Shown piece by piece: positions 24,088-30,153 of a stretch of 30,153 bases of DNA. The stretch covers positions 1-30,153 of the forward strand of contig JAYVCD010000184.1 in NCBI GenBank assembly GCA_043750125.1. The letters run 5' to 3'. The translations under genes were made by a program, and so were the position numbers. Source of the stretch: Archangiaceae bacterium (GTDB lineage: Bacteria; Myxococcota; Myxococcia; Myxococcales; Myxococcaceae). Position 1 is the stretch's first letter. Each line of letters opens with the position of its first letter. The notes under the pieces were generated by a model. The model saw only the letters and a program-made list of their open reading frames with translations. It had not been told where the DNA came from and searched no databases.

Positions 24088-25215
24088 GTGACGACGCCCA
24101 AGCATCAGCCGGTGCTGCCCGATCTTCCCGTGCGCACCGTTCAGGAAATGGGGCTCAAGGAGCTCGAACGGATTCGTCTCATCCTTCGCGGCGGATCCGT
24201 CATCGAGTGGAGGCGACTGCACTTCAAGACCTGGGATGAGGTCGATCGCTTCTTGCGGCTCTGTCAGATCGACGCCACGCGTCCGTTCGATGTCGAGTGG
24301 GTGCGGACGATTCTGAGCGACGCGGTCGAGTACCTGCGGAAGATCTTCGATTACCGGGTCGCGGCGCCGGTGGCTGACCCCGACGAGATTCACGATCTGT
24401 TTCTCTACGCCTCAGGTGCGAAGGAACCGAAGAAGTACCGGAAGATCGCCTGCATCGTGCTGAAGGTGATTCACGTCATCCAGCACATCGAAGGGCGCGA
24501 CCTGCTCTTCAAGTTGGCGGTGTCGGAAGCCGAGCTTGCTCAACTGGTGACCGAGAAGGTGATGGCCGTCGCCGAAGAAATGAAAGTGAAGGGGCTCGCC
24601 GTCGTGGAGTTCTCGGACTCGATCAAGACCCGGGAATCGATCATCACCAAGCTGATCGCCAAGCGTGAATCGGTTGCAGCGCAGATCTACGACCGCACCC
24701 GATTCCGGATCATCGTCAAAGACCGCAAGGACGTGCTGCCCGCGCTGTACTTTCTGACCCAGCGGCTGGTGCCCTTCAACTTCGTCGTCCCCACCCAGAC
24801 CGAGAACTCACTCTTCAACTTCAAAGGGCTGCTCACCGAGTACCCGCACTTCGGTCGCTACGCCAAGGACCTTCACCTCGACCTCGACTACGAGGATCGC
24901 GAGGAGCGCCGGCGTCCGAACAACAAGTTCTCTGGAAGCAGCTATCGCATCTTGAACTTCGTGGCCGACGTGCCGATTCGTTTGGACGCGTACCTTCCTC
25001 CGCCCGAGAAGGACAACCGGTCAAGAAAGGGGCGCATCGCGTTGGCGACGGTCGAGTTTCAGATCGCCGACGAAGAGCAGGCGACGGCGAACGAGGCCGG
25101 TGAAAACTCGCACGAGCGCTACAAGCAGCGGCAGCGCGAGGTGGTGCTCAAGCGCTTGTCGCGAGGTTTGGTGGTGCCGCGACAGGGGAAGAGAAAGAAG
25201 ACGCCCGCTCCATAG
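24088..25215 (+). CDS. TIGR04552-like protein with a RelA/SpoT-type nucleotidyltransferase domain
   Basis: LILRGGSVIEWRRLHF N-terminus; IKTRESIITK, IYDRTRFRII, SYRILNF, EFQI and SHERYK follow the order of RSH synthetase motifs. Start uncertain (GTG 24058 overlaps the terminator tail; GTG 24088 or ATG 24148 are more likely). Confidence 0.75.
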   Translation: MTTPKHQPVLPDLPVRTVQEMGLKELERIRLILRGGSVIEWRRLHFKTWDEVDRFLRLCQIDATRPFDVEWVRTILSDAVEYLRKIFDYRVAAPVADPDEIHDLFLYASGAKEPKKYRKIACIVLKVIHVIQHIEGRDLLFKLAVSEAELAQLVTEKVMAVAEEMKVKGLAVVEFSDSIKTRESIITKLIAKRESVAAQIYDRTRFRIIVKDRKDVLPALYFLTQRLVPFNFVVPTQTENSLFNFKGLLTEYPHFGRYAKDLHLDLDYEDREERRRPNNKFSGSSYRILNFVADVPIRLDAYLPPPEKDNRSRKGRIALATVEFQIADEEQATANEAGENSHERYKQRQREVVLKRLSRGLVVPRQGKRKKTPAP

Positions 25216-25233
25216 GCAAGCGGGCAGGGCCCA

Positions 25234-26880
25234 CTACTTCTTTCGGTTCTTCTTCTTGTTCGCCTTCTCGCGCTTGCGACGTTCCTTGATCGCGTCGCGT
25301 TCGGCGTCGCTGTTTCCCTTGGGAGGCGGCGCGGCGGAATAGCCCTGCAGCCGGGCCTTGGCCATCGCGCCCTGACCCATCGGAGCGGTGTACCCGGGAG
25401 CCAGCTGCGGCATCTGCATCGGCATGCCGCCCGAGCCCCCCATGCCAAGGGCCTGTTCCATCATCTTGGCGTCTTTCCCAAACATGCTGCCGAGGTCCAT
25501 GCCCTTGAGCTGAGAGAGCTGACCCAGCTGTTTGAAACCGGGGATCCTGCCGAGCAGGCTCGGGTTCTGGCCGATCGAGCCCATCACCTGCTGCATCATG
25601 TTGAACTTCTGCATCAGCTCGGCGACGTCTTTGGGTTTCTTGCCTGAGCCTTTGGCGATGCGCTTGCTGCGAGAGTCGTCGATCAGCTTCGGCTGCTGCC
25701 GTTCGGCCTCGGTCATCGAGTCGAACATCGCTTCGATCTTCGAGAGCTCGTTCTCGTCGGGGTTCATCGACTCTGTCATCTCGCCGAAGATCGGGAACTT
25801 CTCGAGCAGGTCCTTGAGCGGGCCCATCTTGCGGACCATGCGGATCTGCTCGACGAAGTCGCGCATCGAGAAGTTGCCCGACAACAGCTTCTTGGCGTCG
25901 TCCTCGGCCTTCTTTTCGTCGACGACTCCCTCGAAGTCCTTCATCAGGCCGACGATGTCGCCAAAGCCCAAAATGCGGCTGGCGAGGCCTTCGGGGCGGA
26001 ATTCTTCGAGCTTGTCCAGCCCTTCACCCATTCCGAGGAACTTGATCGGCCGGCCGGTGACTTCTTTGATCGAGAGCGCCGCTCCACCGCGTGCATCGCC
26101 GTCGAGCTTGGTGAGAATGAAACCGTCGATGCCGATGCGCCGGTTGAACTCGGCCGCGGTCTTCACTGCGTCCTGGCCGATCATCGCGTCGGCGACGAGG
26201 AGGATGTTGTCAGGGCTCACGAGGGCCTTGATGGCCTCGAGCTCGAGCATCAGGGGCTCGTCGATTGCGAGGCGGCCGGCGGTGTCGATGATCACCACGT
26301 CGCGCTTGGTGGCGGCGGCGACTTCCCAGGCCTTCTGGGCCATCTGTGGCGGCTGGAGACCGGCTTCATAGAAGACGGGGATCCCCAACCGTTCGCCGAG
26401 GACCTTGAGCTGATCCACGGCCGCGGGCCGGTAGATGTCGGCGGCGCACAGCAGGGGCAGACGGCCCTCTTTGAGCAGCTTGGCGGCCAGCTTTCCGGTG
26501 GTGGTGGTCTTGCCGGAGCCCTGAAGGCCGATCATCATGATTCCGGAGACCTGCCCCTTCGCCTTCAGCTTGAGCGACGTGTCGACCGGGCCCATCAGCC
26601 CTTCGAGCTCGTCGTGGCAGACCTTGATGAAATGGTCGCCGGGGCTGATCTTGTGCTTTCGCCCCTGCTTGTCGGTGAGGGTGGTCTGCACGACCTCGCC
26701 GATGGCCTTGGCGCGGACGTTGGCGACGAACTTCTTCACCACCTCGAACGCTACGTCGGCCTCGAGCAGCGACACGCGAATGTCGCGCAGAGACTCATCG
26801 ATGAGCTCAGCGGTGATTTCGGCCTTACCGGCGAGGCGGTTTTTCGCAGCGCGGAAGCCTTTGGAGACGGTCTCGAGCAT
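25234..26880 (-). CDS. ffh: Signal recognition particle protein Ffh (548 aa)
   Basis: Start MLETVSKGF (ATG 26880). SRP GTPase motifs SLLEADV, GLQGSGKTTT, DIYRPAA, DTAGR, TKLDGDARGG; M domain with SMTEAER...SRSKRIAKGSG. Confidence 0.97.
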   Translation of the reverse strand: MLETVSKGFRAAKNRLAGKAEITAELIDESLRDIRVSLLEADVAFEVVKKFVANVRAKAIGEVVQTTLTDKQGRKHKISPGDHFIKVCHDELEGLMGPVDTSLKLKAKGQVSGIMMIGLQGSGKTTTTGKLAAKLLKEGRLPLLCAADIYRPAAVDQLKVLGERLGIPVFYEAGLQPPQMAQKAWEVAAATKRDVVIIDTAGRLAIDEPLMLELEAIKALVSPDNILLVADAMIGQDAVKTAAEFNRRIGIDGFILTKLDGDARGGAALSIKEVTGRPIKFLGMGEGLDKLEEFRPEGLASRILGFGDIVGLMKDFEGVVDEKKAEDDAKKLLSGNFSMRDFVEQIRMVRKMGPLKDLLEKFPIFGEMTESMNPDENELSKIEAMFDSMTEAERQQPKLIDDSRSKRIAKGSGKKPKDVAELMQKFNMMQQVMGSIGQNPSLLGRIPGFKQLGQLSQLKGMDLGSMFGKDAKMMEQALGMGGSGGMPMQMPQLAPGYTAPMGQGAMAKARLQGYSAAPPPKGNSDAERDAIKERRKREKANKKKNRKK

Positions 26881-26902
26881 GGCGAGGCGTCTTATCGGTT
26901 CG

Positions 26903-27304
26903 TCAGGCAGACCGCGAGACGAGATCGCGGACGCACTCGGTGATGCGCTCGAACTCAATCGGCTTGCCCAGAACGGTAATTTGGCCCAGGCGGTCGGCCT
27001 CTTCGAAGACTTCGGGGGCAGGAAAGGCGGTGAGCAGGACGATCGGGCAGCGCAGGCCGTGCTCCCGGGCCCGCCGGACCACCTCGAGACCTGAGGACCC
27101 AGGCATTCGCAGGTCGGTCAGAATCAGGTCGGGCAGGGCGATGACCCCGGTGCGGGTGAGGACCAGGTAGTCCTCGAGCTCGGCGCTATCCTCGAGTTCG
27201 ACGGGGTGGTGCCCCGCGTCCCGCAGGTGGGACAGCAACAACTCGCGAAAGGCGTCGTCGTCTTCCGCGACGAGGATGCGGGGCGACTTCGAAAAGACTC
27301 TCAT
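26903..27304 (-). CDS. Single-domain response regulator (receiver only)
   Basis: ILVAEDD, PDLILTDLRMPG (phospho-Asp), LLTAF, LGKP; no output domain. Its ATG overlaps the upstream stop (ATGA, 27301-27304). Confidence 0.88.
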   Translation of the reverse strand: MRVFSKSPRILVAEDDDAFRELLLSHLRDAGHHPVELEDSAELEDYLVLTRTGVIALPDLILTDLRMPGSSGLEVVRRAREHGLRCPIVLLTAFPAPEVFEEADRLGQITVLGKPIEFERITECVRDLVSRSA

Positions 27305-27726
27305 GAGAAGGGCGCGAGGGTGTGGGCCGCCTTGCGCAGGGTGGCGAGGTCGAAGGGTTTGTCGAGGACGAGGGCGGCTCCGAGGCGGCGGGCTTCGGTG
27401 TGGGCCGTCTCGTCAGCGAACGCGGTGATGACGATGACCCGGGTGGACCAGGCGAAGCGACGCAGGCGGGCGAGGATTTCCAGGCCGGAGCAGCCGGGCA
27501 TCCAGATGTCGGTGACGATCAGGTCTGGGATCTGGGGGTCGATCTTGTTGTTGAGGGTGTCGATCAGCAGGTCGAGCAGCCCGGCGCCATCGATGGCTTC
27601 GGTGACTGTGTATCCTTCCCGACGGAGCATGTTGGCGATGAGCGACCGCATTTCCGGCTGGTCGTCCGCGACCACCACCCGCGGCGTGGTTTTCCGCAAC
27701 GAATCCGTGGGGGCGGGGAGGGCCAT
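27301..27726 (-). CDS. Single-domain response regulator (receiver only)
   Basis: VVVADDQ, PDLIVTDIWMPG, VITAF, LDKPF; no output domain. Confidence 0.88.
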   Translation of the reverse strand: MALPAPTDSLRKTTPRVVVADDQPEMRSLIANMLRREGYTVTEAIDGAGLLDLLIDTLNNKIDPQIPDLIVTDIWMPGCSGLEILARLRRFAWSTRVIVITAFADETAHTEARRLGAALVLDKPFDLATLRKAAHTLAPFS

Positions 27727-27804
27727 TTCAAACTACCGAAAATGATAACCTCCCAAGCGATCGCGCTATTTCCGGATTTTCAGGGCCAAGCGCCGGTCGG
27801 GTGC

Positions 27805-28995
27805 TCACTGGTAAACGCGAAGCAGCCGGGCCCGAAACTCGTAGTGGTAGCCTTCCTGGGTCATGGCGGGCAGAACTTTGTCGATTCCGATTCCCCCGAC
27901 CCCTGGCACGGGCAGGTATGACAGTGCGGTTTCGAGTTTTTTGGGGAGCCCAAGCCACCCTTCGACCGCCCAGATGCTGCGCAGCTCGGGTCCATGAAAC
28001 GCATCGGGCGGTGGAGCGCCAGCCTCTGCGACGGCTTTGGGCCAGGTCTCGAGGACGAAAGCGTCGAACTTCGAGTCCTCCGAGGCCTGGACGACGACTG
28101 CGATTAGAGGGGCTCCGTCCCTGAACTGGCGCAGCTCGAGAGTCAGCCCAATCAGGGGCTTGCCGTGGCTCAAGTCGTTCTGCGTCTCGGTCGCTTGTGC
28201 GAGCATCCGCATCCCCATTGCTTCAGGACCGTTCCCAAACCGTGCGCTGATCTGCTCGGACGGACGGGGGTTGATTCCCGGGGGCCCGAGGTTCGGGTCG
28301 CCGGTCGAGGCGTAGCTGGACGCGGCGTCTGCGTAGCGTTTGCCGATCGATTTCATGAACTGGGTCGAGGTCGCGGTGATCCCATGCTCGCGAGCGCCCC
28401 TGTCGAGTGCCGCGCGAGCCGCGTCGCCCACGCCGCTGAAGTACGGGTGGGGAAGGCCCCGCTGTGCACGCGCCTCGGCCAGCCCGTCCTCGGCCCAGGT
28501 GGTGACCCGCTTCTTCACCCGGAACTCGGTTTCGGCGCGAACTACGTCGGGCGAAAACCTCGGGTCGTCAGGGTGAACCGTCTCGCCGTGGGAAGGCTCA
28601 GTTTCCCGGCTGGAAGTTCCGGGAGCGAGGCTTAACGAGGGAAACAAGGAAATCGGCTGGCTCGAAGCGGCGCGCGGTAAGTCGGAGGCGACAGGTTGGG
28701 CCGGCGTCGATTCGGCCGCCTGAGCAGGTTCCTCGGGCTTGGTCTCGTCGGGGACAACGCGCTTGCGCCGCACCGTGGTTGCGATCGGTTTTGGCTCGAC
28801 AGCTTTGGGGGCCGCGCGGGGCGCAGGTTCGACTTCAACCACCACCCACTGTTGCGGCTGGGCCACAGCGGCGGGGGGAGGCGCGTTCGATGGAAGGTGA
28901 AGGAAGAGGAACGTCAGGGCGGCGTGGATGAGAAGCGAAAGGACGACCGCAGGTGGCAGCCGGGAGCTCCGAGGCGCTGCGCGGGTTCGTCTCAC
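27805..28995 (-). CDS. TonB/TolA-like membrane-anchored protein
   Basis: Basic N-terminus, TM VVLSLLIHAALTFLFL with S-x3-H, Pro/Glu/Ala-rich linker, C-terminal LELRQFRDGAPLIAVVVQASEDSKFDAFVLE resembling a TonB_2/TolA-C strand-strand-helix; AAGGGG SD upstream of the GTG. Confidence 0.6.
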   Translation of the reverse strand: MRRTRAAPRSSRLPPAVVLSLLIHAALTFLFLHLPSNAPPPAAVAQPQQWVVVEVEPAPRAAPKAVEPKPIATTVRRKRVVPDETKPEEPAQAAESTPAQPVASDLPRAASSQPISLFPSLSLAPGTSSRETEPSHGETVHPDDPRFSPDVVRAETEFRVKKRVTTWAEDGLAEARAQRGLPHPYFSGVGDAARAALDRGAREHGITATSTQFMKSIGKRYADAASSYASTGDPNLGPPGINPRPSEQISARFGNGPEAMGMRMLAQATETQNDLSHGKPLIGLTLELRQFRDGAPLIAVVVQASEDSKFDAFVLETWPKAVAEAGAPPPDAFHGPELRSIWAVEGWLGLPKKLETALSYLPVPGVGGIGIDKVLPAMTQEGYHYEFRARLLRVYQ

Positions 28996-29244
28996 AGTGG
29001 CTGTGTATCCCCTTCAGTTGCGATGACAAAGACCGTCACCCCGCGAGGAGGGCCGAACTCAGCGGGTAGACTGGGACGACTCGCACCTTTTTCGGACCGC
29101 TCGTCACGTCCAAGGCTATTGAGCTCCGACCCAGCACGAGGATCGCTGACCTTAGATCCGAGACTTCAAATTTCAGTGGAGCGCGATGAGCCCAATTCAA
29201 TCGAACCTTGATGATGTTGGTCCGTTCCCTCTGGGCCCCAGACC

Positions 29245-29718
29245 ACGCCACGCCTCGCTGCAGCGATAGGCGCTTTGTGTTCACTCATTGCTGTGCTCAC
29301 GGGCTGTCCCACACAGCAGGCTCCGGTGATAGTTGCCCCTACTCGCCCATCGGCCGAAGCGTGGAACCAGCTTCCCTTTGCGAATGACGGGGATGCAGGC
29401 CTTCCCGTCCTGATTCGCGTGCCGGGAGCCGCGTTGCTTTTGAACCCTGCCGCACGCAACGGAATCACGGCACTCGCTGATTGTGCGGCAATGATTAGCC
29501 ATTGCTTTGACCCGACTAAAAAATCAATCGACTCGTGCGTTGCGGCTGCACCGCTTTGCGCAACTCAAACGCCCTGGTTGGAAGCGAAGTCTTGTTGTCC
29601 GGCTTCGTGTCGCGAAGCTTACCAGAGCGCGAGGAAAGCGGGCGAGGAATCCAGCAGTGCTTTCACGAACATTTATTTCGCACGCGGCGGCTGTTTTCCA
29701 GGTCTCCCACCTCAATGA
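29245..29718 (+). CDS. Small Cys-rich lipoprotein (start uncertain: ACG 29245 or TTG 29275)
   Basis: In-frame upstream sequence reads (T)PRLAAAIGALCSLIAVLTG|C, a lipobox; 8 Cys follow the lipid-accepting Cys; stop overlaps the next ATG (ATGA). Confidence 0.6.
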   Translation, partial: TPRLAAAIGALCSLIAVLTGCPTQQAPVIVAPTRPSAEAWNQLPFANDGDAGLPVLIRVPGAALLLNPAARNGITALADCAAMISHCFDPTKKSIDSCVAAAPLCATQTPWLEAKSCCPASCREAYQSARKAGEESSSAFTNIYFARGGCFPGLPPQ

Positions 29719-30098
29719 GCTGCCAACTGCGCAGCTCGAGGTGTCTGTTGTTGGCGATGGTGTGCGCCCCAAGTGTTGCATTGGCTTTCAATTCGAGATG
29801 CGCTCTGAGTGATGGGGGCTCATGCGCCAGCGGCCCGCAAACTGCCCAGAACAGGTGGCGTGGAGAAGGTGATGAACACCGGCAGCTCTGGGTGTCGACC
29901 GCGACAATGGCCGGCTTGCCTGGGCCACTGCTCCAAGATGTTTCAGTGACTGTCTTTACTTCGGAAGCTTTAGTTCAGGCTGGAGGTGACTCTTTCGATT
30001 CGATCCGCCCAGTTCCTTTCGAACGGACGATGCGCAGTCATAAGCGCACCTGGCGTATCCGCTGCACGGAGTGGTGGTTGCGGGCAGCGACGGACTGA
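29715..30098 (+). CDS. Secreted hypothetical protein, possibly 3'-truncated
   Basis: ATG 29715 overlaps the lipoprotein TGA. Signal peptide MSCQLRSSRCLLLAMVCAPSVALA|F; mature FNSRC...GPQTAQNRW..DEHRQLW; the last ~15 residues look out of character. Confidence 0.5.
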   Translation: MSCQLRSSRCLLLAMVCAPSVALAFNSRCALSDGGSCASGPQTAQNRWRGEGDEHRQLWVSTATMAGLPGPLLQDVSVTVFTSEALVQAGGDSFDSIRPVPFERTMRSHKRTWRIRCTEWWLRAATD

Positions 30099-30107
30099 AG
30101 GGTGTTG

Positions 30108-30153
30108 TCAGCTCGCCGACGGCGTGATCGCGGCCGGGATGGTCAGGGGTCCG
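30108..30153 (-). CDS. Possible C-terminal end of a minus-strand gene entering from outside the window
   Basis: Codons gga ccc ctg acc atc ccg gcc gcg atc acg ccg tcg gcg agc tga (GPLTIPAAITPSAS*); 13 of 14 end in G/C, unlike the adjacent lower-GC DNA. Confidence 0.3.
   Translation of the reverse strand, partial: GPLTIPAAITPSAS

Noticed and set aside
23555-25215. MORN protein and RSH-like protein as a toxin-antitoxin pair
   Set aside because: The MORN protein has a Sec signal, the RSH-like protein appears cytoplasmic, and a terminator-like hairpin separates the genes.
26881-26958. 26-aa N-terminal extension of Ffh
   Set aside because: Overlaps the receiver gene; Ffh homology begins at MLETVSKGF (26880).
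29535-29714. Upstream extension of the last plus-strand ORF
   Set aside because: Overlaps the lipoprotein gene; the ATGA coupling and signal peptide indicate a start at 29715.
30040-30062. ATAAGCGCACC as an IS66-type terminal repeat
   Set aside because: Does not start with the conserved GTAA, and no partner end or transposase is visible.

Overview
GC-rich myxobacterial (Myxococcota-like) chromosomal window. Bases 1-22215 hold the G1 gliding-motility cluster on the + strand in the Myxococcus order: gltD/agmU (5'-truncated), gltE/aglT, gltF/cglF, gltG/pglI, gltH/cglE, an agmV-like gene, the 4083-aa TPR gene gltI/agmK and gltJ/agmX. Next come a Cys-rich lipoprotein behind a well-spaced sigma54 motif, a secreted MORN-variant protein and a TIGR04552-like protein with a degenerate RelA/SpoT synthetase motif set. 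A convergent minus-strand block carries a TonB/TolA-like protein, two coupled stand-alone receiver domains and ffh. The last ~1 kb is lower in GC and encodes a coupled Cys-rich lipoprotein / secreted-protein pair; the lipoprotein lacks a canonical start codon for its full signal peptide and the second gene may be interrupted. No rRNA, tRNA, CRISPR array or confirmed mobile element was seen. All calls come from reading motifs, architecture and gene order; no searches were run.
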